Part shown: piece by piece, positions 1 to 12,576 of the stretch
Numbering within the stretch: position 1 is the first letter of the stretch
Layout: the number at the start of each line of letters is the position of its first letter
Assembly (NCBI RefSeq): GCF_018350175.1
Contig: NC_058368.1
Span: forward strand, 212,786,001 to 212,850,000
Length of the DNA: 64,000 nucleotides
DNA from: Felis catus
Taxonomy: Eukaryota
Direction: 5' to 3'
Position numbers and translations under genes: made by a program
Notes under the pieces: generated by a model
What the model saw: only the letters and a program-made list of their open reading frames with translations
What the model was told of the DNA's origin: nothing
The model's database searches: none

Positions 1-212
1 AAAGATTTTTAGCAGAAAGTTGATATTCCTTGAAGGAAATTAAACCAAAGTATTGAGAAAATTGTTTATTTTTTCTTACCATTTCTAATTTTTTTCTATA
101 ATGAAATGCATTATCTTTACAACCAGAAAATATATGTTGAAATATAATTTTCAATCATTTAGTAGTTAGAAGTATAGGTTTCAGTTGAGAAAATTGTTTA
201 AATTGCACTATT

Positions 213-1012
213 AAGACACTTTTCTAAAGACATCCAGATGGCCAACAGACACATGAAAAGATGCTCAACGTCGCTCCTCATCAGGGAAATACAAATCAAA
301 ACCACAGTGAGATACCACCTCATGCCAGTCAGAGTGGCTAAAATGAACAAATCAGGAGACTATAGATGCTGGAGAGGATGTGGAGAAATGGGAACCCTCT
401 TGCACTATTGGTGGGAATGCAAACTGGTGCAGCCACTCTGGAAAACAGTGTGGAGGTTCCTCAAAAAAATTAAAAATAGATCTACTCTATGACCCAGCAA
501 TAGCACTCCCAGGGATACGGGAGTGCTGATGCATAGGGGCACTTGTACCCCAGTGTTTATAGCAGCACTTTCAACAATAGCCAAATTATGGAAAGAACCT
601 AAATGTCCATCAACTGAAGAATGGATAAAGAAGACGTGGTTTATATACACAATGGAATACTACTTGGCAATGAGAAAGAATGAAATCTGGCCATTTGTAG
701 CAATGTGGATGGAACTGGAGGGTATTATGCTAAGTGAAATAAGTCAGGCAGAGAAAGACAGATATCATATGTTTTCACTCATATGTGGATCCTGAGAAAC
801 TTAACAGAGAACCATATGGGAGGGGAAGGGGGGAAAAATTACAGACAGGGAGGGAGGCAAACCATAAGAAACTCTAAGATACTGAGAACAACTGAGGGTT
901 GTTGGGGGGTGGGGGAGAGAGGAAAGTGGGTGATGGGCATGGAGGAGGGCACCTGTTGGGATGAGCGCTGGGTGTTGTATGGAAACCAATTTGACAATAA
1001 ATTATATTTAAC
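213..1012 (+). mobile_element. 5'-truncated LINE-1 (end of ORF2 and cat-type 3' UTR)
   Basis: ORF2 C-terminal peptides ([32 protein letters not shown]), G-rich 3' UTR, AATAAA. Confidence 0.95.
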
Positions 1013-1178
1013 ATAATTTTAAAAATCCAATTTTGAGCTGATGTAAATAAATACAAACTCCTAAAGTCAGCCTGAGTATTTTTCAGTAAAAGATTTATCA
1101 AAATATTTTAAATAAAAAGAATGACTACATCTAATTAATAAACAAATAGTAAATAAATTGTACTATTAAGACTAACAC

Positions 1179-1214
1179 CTTGGCATTTGAAGTACCAACT
1201 TTGCAAGATATACA
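1179..1214 (-). pseudogene. Possible 36-nt fossil exon
   Basis: Acceptor TCCATCTCCTCTGTAG, donor AAG|GTGTTA; phase 1/1, YILQSWYFKCQ. Confidence 0.3.
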
Positions 1215-1379
1215 CTACAGAGGAGATGGAATTTGGAAGGATGAAGTTCCCACTTAATTAATAAAACCAACTATTTAATGTAACCACAAATTGCATCAAT
1301 AGATGTCAAGTTCTCAGCTGGCTCACAGTAACATAATTTGATCTGCTAATATTTGTCTAGAATATTTAAGTTAATACAC

Positions 1380-1524
1380 CCTCTATTGTCTTGCATTTAG
1401 TGACTGTAAGACCCTTTCAACATATCAACAGTTCTTCAAGTGTCTTCAGGCAATGATAATGAAATACTTAATTCTCAAGCCCATATATGCATAATTCAAA
1501 GATCTTCCTTAAAATTCATCTTTT
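1380..1524 (-). pseudogene. Fossil exon
   Basis: ILRKIFELCIYGLEN*VFHYHCLKTLEELLIC*; acceptor TTATGATAG, weak donor AGG|GTGTAT. Confidence 0.4.
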
Positions 1525-1591
1525 CTATCATAAGTTTAAAACAAAGAATTAGCAGAGTGACCTCAGGCAATCTGAATAAACATAATCATAC

Positions 1592-1685
1592 CACAAACAT
1601 TGCTTTCACCCAAAGCAGCCAGGATTTCAGAAGTATGCCCTCTCGCTCTGAGCAGATAGCGTATTCATTCTTAGGAGACATGTGT
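1592..1685 (-). pseudogene. Fossil exon
   Basis: Acceptor GTTTTTACAG, donor GTG|GTATGA; IRYLLRARGHTSEILAALGESNVC. Confidence 0.5.
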
Positions 1686-1928
1686 CTGTAAAAACTGACA
1701 TCACCCATAAGAGCCATTGAAGCTCTTATGCATAATGACTTTTATGCCCAGAATTTCTAACAATAAGCTAAAACCAAGATCCAACAAATGTAAATTACTT
1801 TGTTCTATATTACTGAAGAAATTGACTGACTTATATGTAGAGTAATTGTCACTTCTATGGCTCAGTTTTAGAGGAAATACAGGTTCTGGTGCATACATTT
1901 TCCCTTTTATTCAATAAGGCCTTAGATC

Positions 1929-2089
1929 AGGGACGTTGGAGTGGCTAAATTGGTTAAGCATATGAATCTTGATTTCAGCTCAGGTCATGATCTCATGGTT
2001 TCTGAGAAAGAGCCCTGCCTTGGGCTCTGCACTGACAGCACAGAGCCCGTTTGGTATTATCTCTGTCCCTCTCTCTCTGCCCCTCCCCT

Positions 2090-2128
<39 letters not shown>

Positions 2129-2148
2129 ATAATAAACTTAAAAAAATA
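1929..2148 (+). mobile_element. Can-SINE
   Basis: tRNA-derived head, (CT)n, A tail; imperfect TSD AATAAGGCCTTAGAT / AATAATGCTTTAGAT. Confidence 0.9.
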
Positions 2149-2319
2149 ATAATGCTTTAGATTACATAGAAGCCCTTTGTTTTTGTAGTTTAAAGCCTTT
2201 TACCTAAATGCAACCACTGGGTTATTAGGCTTTAAACTGAGTAGAATTCTCTACCTAGCAAAATACCACGAAAATAGAAAGTACTTGTAAGTACTGTAGA
2301 GGAGGGGTACCTTAACAAA

Positions 2320-2455
2320 AGCTACTCAGACTTAAATATGCATAAGAATCATATGATCTTCTTAAAATGCACATTCTGATTAATTTGGTCTGGGGTGATA
2401 TATGAGATACTGCATTTCTACAAAGCTCTCAGATGATACCCATGCTGCTTGGCTA
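2320..2455. mobile_element. MER5-like hAT-Charlie relic
   Basis: AGAATCA...TTAAAATGCACATTCTGA...CTGCATTTCTACAAAGCTCTCAGATGAT motifs. Confidence 0.65.
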
Positions 2456-2550
2456 TCATTTAGTCTTATCTTTTTTAAAGTAAAGCCATAGTAATCTGCT
2501 ATTTCATTGTAGAAATCAAAATATCCCTTTGGGATTTCCCTCTTCCTCAC

Positions 2551-2762
2551 CTCTTTTCATCTACTCCATCCCTTGGTTAAGCCCACTTAAGCATGGTAAA
2601 GTACAATTTAGGTAATTGAACAATTGTATTTCCTAGAATACAACAGATATCAAAACCAATGTGGTTTGCATGATGTACAAAATCAAATGCTTCTCATTAA
2701 TTTCCTCTGATCATCACTAAAATTAGAAGCAATTTGCTGTTTAAAAACTAGACTCATGGTTA
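2551..2762 (-). pseudogene. Fossil exon
   Basis: Acceptor TATTTTGTTTCCAG, donor GAG|GTGAGG; TMSLVFKQQIASNFSDDQRKLM / EAFDFVHHANHIGFDICCILGNTIVQLPKLYFTMLKWA*PRDGVDEK. Confidence 0.6.
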
Positions 2763-2848
2763 CTGGAAACAAAATAGCAATTTTACAAATACTATAAAAA
2801 CACAAAGATCACTAAATTGTATTCAACCTAACTCTGCATTATTCATAC

Positions 2849-3760
2849 GTACTACATCCTGTAACAATTACTAATGTTGTTATTGTTTTTCTTTATTATA
2901 AAGAAAAGTTATGATCACTTGCAGTATACATTTTAAAATATCATTCCACAATACTTGTCATTCTTCTTAGGCTGAAACAATTATATTTGTACTCATTCTT
3001 CAATCCAATTTAGGTACTAAAATCCATAATGAATCCTACTAGGGAAAACGACAACAAATTATCCATAGCTACAAGGAATTTACATCCAAAATGTATGAAA
3101 CCATTACATTATACTGAAAAGTTTAAATTTTAATTGTGGTTTGACTAATCCTTTTCTCAGGAAATTGCCCAAATTCACTGAAGGCATAGCCATGGTCCTA
3201 GGCCCACTTCTCAAATATTTTCAACTAACTTTAAAGTTTAGTACAGGCTTTTCCAAAATGATCTTTTTGTCTCCTATTTTCTAACTCTAAAGATAATGGC
3301 AGGGGAAGAGTATCTTCTAAATTACTGAACCACACAAACTGACACATTTCAACTTTAAATAATCTTGTTATTTTACTGTTGGCTATAAAAGTCTTAGGGT
3401 GCCTATGTTTTCCTTTTATTTACATTAATGTTTTCTCAACAATTCAGTTTTTTTTACGTTTATTTATTTTTGAGAGAGAGACAGAGTACAAGTGGGGGAA
3501 GGGCAGAGAGGGTGACACAGAATCCAAAGAAGGATCCAGGCTCTGAGGTTTCAGCACAGATTCGGACACATGGCTTAAACCCATGAACCATGAGATCATG
3601 ACCTGAGCTGAAGTTGGATGCTTAACTGACTGAGCCACCCAGGCACCCCTCAACAATTCAATTTTATATAACTTGTTTTTGTGACTGAAAGAAAGCATGA
3701 GTAATTCACAAAACAAATGTTCCTGTTGTAGATTCATTGTTTCCTCTAACTACTAGAAGC
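2849..3760 (-). pseudogene. Large fossil exon split by a Can-SINE
   Basis: Acceptor TTTTCCTTTGTAG, phase-2 start LLVVRGNNESTTGTF; long stop-free stretch NINVIKGKHRHPKTF...FGKACTKL, then LKIFEKWA*DHGYAFSEFGQFPEK; donor TAC|GTATGA. Confidence 0.5.
3447..3648 (-). mobile_element. Can-SINE
   Basis: TSD CTCAACAATTCA at 3435-3446 and 3649-3660. Confidence 0.95.
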
Positions 3761-4356
3761 CTACAAAGGAAAACGAAGTTGTGGTTGACTGTGATCTATG
3801 GAGATTATTATGGTGTTCATCCGGTCTTTCTATCTATCACTGCCACTACCACAAAGATGAAATAGCATTGAATACACAACACCCAGGTTTCAGTACTGAT
3901 GTTGGGTACCACATCTTCATCTTTTATACACTTCTTTTTTAAATTTTATTTATTTTTTTAAGTTTTTAATTTTAATTCCAGTATGGTTAACATATAGTGT
4001 TAAATTAGTTTCAGGTGTACAATATAGTGATTCACTAATTCTATACATTATTCAGTAACTATCATGATAAGGGTACTCTTTAACCCCCAACACCTACCCC
4101 CACACACACCCACACACACCTACCTCCCCTCTGGTAACCATTGGTTTGTTCTCCATAATTAAGAGTCTGTTTCTTGGTCTATCTCTGTTTTTCTTTGTTC
4201 ATTTGATTTGTTTCCTAAATTCCACATATGAGTGAAATCATGTGGTATTCATCTTTCTTTGACTGACTTATTTCAGTTAGCATTATACCCCCTAGCTCTA
4301 TCCATACTGTTGTAAATAGCAAGATTTATTCTTTTTTGTGGCTGAATAATTCCATT

Positions 4357-4357
4357 G

Positions 4358-4425
<68 letters not shown>
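4357..4425. repeat. Compound (TG)n(TA)n microsatellite
   Basis: Direct reading. Confidence 0.95.
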
Positions 4426-7400
4426 CCAAATCTTTTTAATCCATTCATCAATACATGCACACTTAGACCACCTCCATAGTTTGGCTCCATAGTTTGTAAA
4501 TAATGCTGCAGTAAACATAGGGGAACATATATCCTTCTGAATTAGTGTTTTTGTTTTCTTTGGGTAAATACCCAGTAGTCTGATTAGTGAGTCATAGGAT
4601 AGTTCTATTTTTAATTTTTTGAGATATATCTAGATATATCTCTGTACTGTCTTCCCCAGAGGCTGCAGCAGTTTGCATTCCTTTTTCTCCACATCTTCAC
4701 CAAACCTGTTTTTTTGTGTGTTTTTGATGTTTGTCTTTATAACAGACGTGAGGTAGTATCTCACTGTGGTTTCGATTTGCATTTCCCTGATAATGAGAGA
4801 TGTTGAGCATCTTTTCATGTGTGTGTTGGCCATCTGGATGTCTTCTTTGGAGAAATGTCTATTCTTGTCTTTCACCCATTTTTTAATTGTATTATTTGTT
4901 TTTTTTTTGTGTGTGTTGAGTTGTGTAAGTTCTTTACATATTTTGGAAACTAACCCTTTATCTGCTATGTCATTTATAAATATCTTCTCTCATTCAATAG
5001 ATTCCCTTTAATTTTGTTGATTGTTTCCTTTGCTGTACAGAGCCATTTTATTTTGATGTATCCCAATAGTTTATTTTTGCTTTTGTTTCTCTTGCCTCAG
5101 GAGATATATCTAGAAGAATGTTGCTATAGCTGATGTCCAAGAAATTACTACCTGTGCTCTCTTCTAGGATTTTTATGGTGTCCGGTCTCACATTTAGATC
5201 TGTAATTCATTTTAAGTTTACTATTGTGTATGTGAGAAAGTGGTCCAGCGTCATTCTTTTGCATGTAGCTATTCAGTTTTCCCAACACTATTTTTTGAAG
5301 AGACTGTCTTTTTCCCATTGCATATTCTTGTCTCCTTTGTCAAAGATTAATTGACCATATAATCATGGGTTCGTTTTGGGACTCTCTTTCCTGTTCCGTT
5401 GCTCTATGTGTCTATTTTTGTGCTAGTACCTTGCTGATTGATTATTCCAGCTTTGTAGATCCTGAAATCTAGAATTCTGATACATCTAGTTTTTGTTCCT
5501 TTTCAAGATCGCTTTGTCTATTCAGGGTCTTTTGTGGTTCCATTCCAATCTTAGGATTATTTGTTCCAGTTCTGTGAAAAGTGCTGCTGCTATTTTGATA
5601 GGGATTGCTTTAAGTATGTCGATTGCCTTGGAGGTATGGACATTTTAACATTTGTTCTTCCAATCCATAAGCATGGAATATCTTTCCATTTGTTTGTGAC
5701 GTCTTCAATTTCTTTCAACGTCTTATATTTTTCAACCAAGTTTAAAAGTTCATTCCTAGATATTTTATTAATTTTTGGTGCTGTTGTAAATGGGATTGTT
5801 TTCCTAATTTCTTTTTGTGCTGTTTCATTATTAGCATATACAAATTCAGTGGATTTCTGTATATTGATTTTGTGTCCTGTGACCTTACTAAATGCATTTA
5901 TCAGTTCTAGCTGTTTTTTGGTGGAGTCTTTAGGAGTCTTTAGGGATAGTATCATGTCATCTGCAAATAGTGTCAGTTTTACTTCTTCCTTATTAATTTG
6001 GATGCCTTTTATTTCTTTTTATTGCCTGATTGCTATAGTTGGGAGTTCCAATACTAAGTGGAATAACAGTGGTGAGAGTGGACATCCTTGTCTTCTTCCT
6101 TATCTTAGAGGAAAAGCTCTATTTTTCACCTTTGAGTACGATGTTAGGTGTGGGTTTTTCATATGTGGCTTTATTATGTTGAGGTATGTTCCCTCTAAAC
6201 CTACTTTGTTGAGGGTTTGTATCATGAATGGATGTTGTACTTTGTCAAATGCTTTTCTGCATCTAATGAAATGATCATCTGGTTTTTATCCTTTCTCTTA
6301 TTGATGTGATATATCATGTTGATTGATATGCAAATTTTGAACAACTCCTGTATCCCATGAATAAATCCCACTTGGTCTTGGTGAATGACTTTTTTAAATG
6401 TATTGTTGGACTCAATTTACTAATAATTTGTTGAGGATTTTTGCATCCATGTTCATCAGGGAAATTGGCCTATAGTTCTCTTTTTTCATGTTTTTTTTTT
6501 TTTAATCTGGTTTTGGTATCAGGGTATTGTGGGCCTCAGAATGAATGTGGAAGCTTTTCTTTCTCTTCTAATTTTTGGAATATTTGAGAGTAAGTATTAA
6601 CTCTTCTTTAAATATTTGGTAAAATTCATCTGTGAAGTCATATGGCCCTGGACTTTTGTTTGTTTGGAGTTTTTGATTACTGATTCAATTTTGCTGCTGG
6701 TAACTTGTCTGTTCAAATTTTCTGTTTCTTCCTGATTGAGTTTTGGAATGTTATATATTTCTAAGAATTTATCAATTTCTTCTAGTTGTCCAATTTGTTG
6801 GCCTATAATTTTTCATAACATTCTCTTATAATTCTTTATATTTTTGTGGTGTTTTTTGTAATTTCTCCTCTTTCACTTCTAATTGTATTTGAGTCTTTTT
6901 TTTTTTAATGAATCTGGCAGAAGGTTTATCAGTTTTATTGATCTTTAAAGGAAATAACTTCTGATTTCTTTGGCCTGTTCTATTATTTTTCAGTATTTAT
7001 TTCATTTATTTCTGCTCTAATTCATATTATTTTCCTCCTTCCATGGGTTTGGAGTTTTGCTTTGTTTGTTCTTATTTCTCTAGCTCTTTTAGGTGTAAGG
7101 TTAGGTTGTTTATTCGAGATTTTTCTTGCTTCTTGAGGTAGGCCTGTATTGCTCTAAACTTTTCTCCTAGAACAGCTTTTGCTGCATCCCAAAGATTTTG
7201 GATCACTGTGATTTCATTTTCATTTGTCTCCATGTTTTTTTATTTCCTCTTTGATCTTAGTTGACCCATTCATTGGCTAGTAGCATGTTAACCTCTATGT
7301 ATTCATGGTCTTTCTTGATTTTTTTCTTATAGTTGATTTCTAGTTTCATAGTATTGTGGTTAGAAAAGATGAATAGTATGACTTCAACCAGCCTTTTTTA

Positions 7401-7925
7401 ATTTGTTGAGACTTGTTTTGTGGCCTAACATGTAATCTATTCTGGAGAATGTTCCATGTGCACTTGAAAAGAATGTGTATTCTGCTGTTTTAGGATGGAA
7501 TGTTATACATATATCTGTTAGGTCCAAATGGTGCAGTATGTTATTCAAAGCTACTGTTTCCCTATTAATTCTCTTTTTGGATGATCTGTCTATCGATGTA
7601 AGTGGGCTGTTAAATTCCCCTACTATTATTGTATTACTATTGAATATTTCCTTTATGTTTGTTAATAGTTGCTTTATGTATTTGGGTACTTCCATGTTGG
7701 GCACATAAATATTTACAATTATTATATCTTTATATTGGATTGTTCCCTTTATTATTACATAGTGTTCTTCTCTGTCTCTTGTTACAGTCTTAGTTTTAAA
7801 GTCTATTTTGTCTAATATAAGTATTGTTACTCTGGCTTTCCTTTGACATTCATTTGCATGATAAATATTTCTCTATCCCTTCACTTTCAATCTGCATGTG
7901 TCCTTAGGTCTGAAATGAGTCTCTT

Positions 7926-8086
7926 ACTGTTAAAAACTGAGAACAAACTGAGGATTGATGGGGGGTGGGAGGGAGGAGAGGGTGGGTGATGGGTATTGAG
8001 GAGGGCACCTTTTGGGATGAGCATTGGGTGTTGTATGGAAACCAATTTGTCAATAAATTTCATATAAAAAAAATAATAAAAAAAAA
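7926..8086 (+). mobile_element. Very short cat-type L1 3' end nested in the older L1
   Basis: 3' UTR and poly-A; TSD TGAAATGAGTCTCTT at 7911-7925 and 8087-8101. Confidence 0.9.
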
Positions 8087-8197
8087 TGAAATGAGTCTCT
8101 TGTAGGCAGCATATATATCAGTCTCTTTTTTTTTATCCACTCTGTCATCCTGTGTCTTTTGATTGGAGTGTTTAGTCCATTTACATTCAAAGTAATT

Positions 8198-8354
8198 TAT
8201 TTTTTAGGACATGTCCTTGCCTCCCAGTTCCTTGAGGGTTTTTTTGTTGTTGTTTTTGTTTTAAGTAATCTCTACATTCAACATGGAGTTTGAACTCATG
8301 ACTCTGACATCAAGAGCTGTATGCTCTACTGACTGAGCCAGCCAAGCACCGCAG
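8198..8354 (-). mobile_element. Short older Can-SINE with extra 3' sequence
   Basis: tRNA-like head ending GTAGAGATTACTT; TSD AAGTAATT at 8190-8197 and 8355-8362. Confidence 0.8.
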
Positions 8355-9059
8355 AAGTAATTATTGATTGGTATGTAATTATTGCCATTTTGTTATTTGT
8401 TTTATGGTTGTTTTGTAGTTTTTTCCCCATTCCTTTCTTCTCTTGCTGTCTTCTCTCACAGTTTGCTGACTTGCATTAGTAAAATACTTGGATTCCTTTC
8501 TCTTTATTTTTTGCATATCTATTACTGGTTTTTGATTTGTTGTTACCATATGGTTTGTATATAACATCACCTATATATAGCAGTCTATGTTAGGTTGATG
8601 GTCGCTTAAGTTTGAACCCATTCTTTACTCCTCTCCTCCCCACATTGTAGATATATGGTATCTTAATTTACATCCTATTGTTTTGTGAGTCCCTTGACTG
8701 ATTTTTATAAATATATTCATTTTTATTGCTTTTGTGCTTCCTACTTTCCTTACTCTTGCATATGGTCTTTCCTTTCTACTCAAAGAGTTCCCTTTAACAT
8801 TTCTTGAAGAGTTTAGTAATTGTGAATTTTTAAATTTTTGTTTGGGAAACTCTTTAGCTCTCCTTTTATTCTGAATGATAGCTATGCAGGATAGAGTATT
8901 CTTGGCTGCAGATTTTTTTTTTCCTTTTAGCACTTGAATTATTTTGCCACTCTCTTCAGGCCTGCAAAGTTTCTGCTGAAAAATCAGCTGATGACCTTAT
9001 GGGGTTCCCTTGTATGTAACTACCTTTTTTTTCTTTTGCTGCTTTAAAAATTCTCTCTA

Positions 9060-9270
9060 GGGGCGCCTGGGTGGCTCAGTCAGTTGAGCGGCTGACTTCA
9101 GCTCAGGTCATGATCTCGCGGTCCGTGAGTTTGAGCCCCGCATCGGGCTCTGTGCTGACAGCTCAGAGCCTGGAGCCTGCTTCAGATTCTGTGTCTCCCT
9201 CTCTCTGACCCTCCCCTGTTCATGCTCTGTCTCTCCCTGTCTCAAAAATAAATAAAACATTAAAAAAATT
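9060..9270 (+). mobile_element. SINEC_Fc-type Can-SINE
   Basis: GGGGCGCCTGGGTGGCTCAGTC head; TSD TAAAAATTCTC. Confidence 0.95.
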
Positions 9271-11387
9271 TAAAAATTCTCCCCATATCTATCACTAATT
9301 TTTGGCCATCTTAATTACTATGTGTCTTGGTGTAGACCTCATTGGTGTGATTTTGTTAGGGGATCTCTGTGCCTCCTGGATCTGGATTCTTTCCCTTCCC
9401 CAAATTCAGCAAGTTTTCAGCTATTATTTCTTCAAATAAATTTTCTGCTCCCTTTTCTTTTTCATCTCCTTCTGAGATCCCTATAATGTGAATATTATTA
9501 CACTTGATGGTGTCACTGAGTTCTTAAGTCTATTGTCACTTTGCATATTTTTTCCCATCTCATCTGCTCAGCTTGATTACTTCCAATTACTGTCCTCCAG
9601 GCCACTGATTCATTCTTCTGTTTCCTCTAATCTATGACTAGACATACTATTTATGAACTATTTATTACATCTAGTATATTTTTAATTTCATTTATTGTGT
9701 TCTTCATCTCTGACAGGTTCTTTTTTATCTCATTGTTAAGGGTCTCACTGATGTCTTCCACTCTTTTCCCAAGTCCAGTGAGTATTTTTATGACCATTAC
9801 CTTAAATTCTCTATCAGGCATATTACTTAATGCCATTTCATTTAACTCTCTTACTGTGATTTTGTCCTGTTCTTTCATTTGTGACATGTTCCTCTGTCTC
9901 CTTATTTTGCCTAATTCTCGGTTTCGGTTTCTCTGTGTTAGGAAAGGCAGGCTAAATTTCCTGTACTTGAAAGGAATGGCCTTATAAAGAAGAAGTCCTG
10001 TAGTACCCTGCATGCAGTATTCCCTCTTTACCAGAACCAGGTGCTTCAGGGGTATCTCCTATGTGTGATGCTAACACCCTACTGTTACGGCTGGCTGCCT
10101 TTTCCTTCAGTCCAGTCATCTGCAATGGCTCTCTTTTCCTAATGTGGGCAGTGTTTAGTTCTTGTGGTATTAGTGGGCCAGGCTGGGGTCACCTTGGGCT
10201 TGAGTTGAGTCAGACCAGGCATTTGCCAGAGATGCAAAGAGATGCCAGAGATGCAGTAGCACCAAGCTCCAGAGTGTTTTCCTTGTGTTGTCCCCTGCGA
10301 AGCTTTCATTTGGTGGGCAAGGGCTGCAGTCAGACCAGTTGTCTGCCTCCAGCCCACTGCTAGGCCCTCTGCCTGACTTGTGTATGAGGTTATCTTTCCC
10401 TTCTCCAGGGCAGGAATCACTTTGGAGTGGTGCTGGCCACTGTAGGAGTTGCTTGCACACTTTCATGCCTGTGGCACTGCCCTGTATGGGCTCTGGCCAA
10501 GAGACAATTGGAGAGGACAGATCCACCCAAGCACAAGTTGAAGGTGGGGGTAGAAGTGAAGCAGTGCTAGCAAGCTTTGCCTGTCCCTGTTCCTCTGAAA
10601 GAGGAACCTTACAGCACCTGGACTGAGGCAGGCTCTCTGGAAGGGTGAATTAGTGGAAGCACAGCACGGGAGTGTGTAGTGACAGTGCTACCAAGTTAGG
10701 TAGCAAATCCTGCAGGTGTCTGTGTGTTTATGCTGGGCAGCAGGGCAGGAAGATGACACCTGCCAGTTCCTTTGTGCCTAGAGGAGTTCCCCAGGGATTT
10801 CTGTCCCTCTGGGACACACTGAGATTAGTAAATAACTCTCCCTCCCAGACGTGACAATTGCCTTTCAGACTGCTGCTTCTATGGTTGTATCTCCACAGGC
10901 TATTTGTTGTGTTGTCTCCTTAAGGACAGGGACTCAGTTTCCTCTATCCTACTGACTTTCCCAGAGCTGAGCCACTGATTTTTTAGAATTCTAGGTTTTG
11001 AGTCCCACTGGTTGTAACAACTCACAAAATTCAGCCCCATTGGTTTTCAGAGCCAACCAAATGTTATGGGGATTCACCTTCCCCATACAGGCTCCCCAGT
11101 GTGGGGGTTTGTTTCTCTCCCTTCTCTGTTCTCACAGTGTCCCTCCCTCCTACAACAGTCCATTGAGTCCCCTTTGTTTCTGACCTTGTCTCTGTCTTTC
11201 CTACCCTCTTTGATGTTGCCTCTTCTCTGTATTTAGTTGTGGAGTTTATTCTGCCAGTCTTCTAGTTGTTTCTGGGTTGTAAACACTGATGTGAGTGTTA
11301 TCTAGTTGTATCCATGGGACAAGGTGAGCTCAGGGGCCTTTTACTCTGCCATCTTCCCTAGAAGTCCCCTAGGAATGGCACCTTCTT

Positions 11388-11617
11388 TTTTTTTTTTTTT
11401 TTAATTTTTTTTTTCAACGTTTATTTATTTTTGGGACTGAGAGAGACAGAGCATGAATGGGGGAGGGGCAGAGAGAGAGGGAGACACAGAATCAGAAACA
11501 GGCTCCAGGCTCTGAGCCATCAGCCCAGAGCCCGACGCGGGGCTCGAACTCACGGGCCGCGAGATCGTGACCTGGCTGAAGTCGGACGCTTAACCGACTG
11601 CGCCACCCAGGCGCCCT
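11388..11617 (-). mobile_element. Young SINEC_Fc-type Can-SINE
   Basis: CpG-rich; TSD GGAATGGCACCTTCTT at 11372-11387 and 11618-11633. Confidence 0.95.
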
Positions 11618-11780
11618 GGAATGGCACCTTCTTAAGAACAAATATATGTCTTACATTTCTCTTTATCCTGTACTTTTCTCTATCTCCCTCTGTGCCAAGC
11701 ACAGTATCTTATTTATGGAAGATGTTTCATACATTTATTTAGTTGATTGATTAAGGTGAGGGATGAAGAGAAAATGATGC

Positions 11781-12154
11781 TATATTAGTTTGCTGCAGCT
11801 GCCATAACAAAATACCACAGACTGAGTGGTTAAACAGCAAAAATTTAATTTTTCACTGTTATAGTGGCTAGAAATCTAAGATTAAGGTACCAAAGTTTCT
11901 TATCAGGCCTCTTTCCTTGGCTTGTATATGTTTTCTGTGTCTTCAAATAATCTCCCATTTATAGCTAACTATGTCCAAATTTCCTTTTCTTATAAGGACA
12001 CCCGTCGTATTATATTAGGGCCTACCCTAACGACCTCATTTTAAATTAATCATTTTTTGAGAGACCCAATCTCCAAATGTAATCCCATTTTGAGGTACTG
12101 GGGTTTAAGGATTCAACATATGAATTTTTAGAAGACACAATTCAGCTTTTAACA
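11781..12154 (-). mobile_element. MLT1-type MaLR LTR
   Basis: TATATTAGTTTGCT...GCCATAACAAAATACCACAGACTG...GGATTCAACATATGAATTTT...AACA. Confidence 0.85.
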
Positions 12155-12576
12155 AATGCTATCTGAAGTAGAGTGCTCTGCAATCTACCTTTGTAGCACA
12201 TGAATAATTGTGCTCTGCCTATGTTCCCAAGAGGATCATGTGGGTGCTAAACTTAAAGGAGGAAAACACCCAGGGAAGTGGGGAGAGAAAGAAAAATATC
12301 ATATCTTTGGTGGAAACCAGTAAAGAAGACCTATCATTTCACAGGAAGACTGCATATAAATATCCTTTGCTCTAATTTATCATTAGAAGATAAGTTAAGG
12401 AGACAATTGAGAAACAGAAAATATTCATATAAACCTCCATTTTCACAGCTAAAACTAAGGAGTCAGTACTGTGTTACATAGCTATGTTATTTACTTGAAA
12501 GCCTCAGTCTCCAATAGCAGTTAAAGAGCTATGAGGACACTTTACAAACTTTTATATCATATTCTTGTTTATATAC

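Larger units (their letters stand above)
3935..11369 (-). mobile_element. Full-length degenerate carnivore LINE-1
   Basis: Poly-T/3' UTR at left, ORF2 RT and EN peptides ([32 protein letters not shown]), ORF1 fragment at 9651-10013, 5' UTR ending near GCCATCTTCC. Confidence 0.95.

Noticed and set aside
60..130. Minus-strand donor ATG|GTAAGA near 78
   Set aside because: Lies in AT-rich sequence resembling an old L1M 3' end, with no convincing exon.
5561..6274. 237-aa hydrophobic ORF on + strand
   Set aside because: Antisense frame of L1 ORF2, a common artefact rather than a membrane protein.
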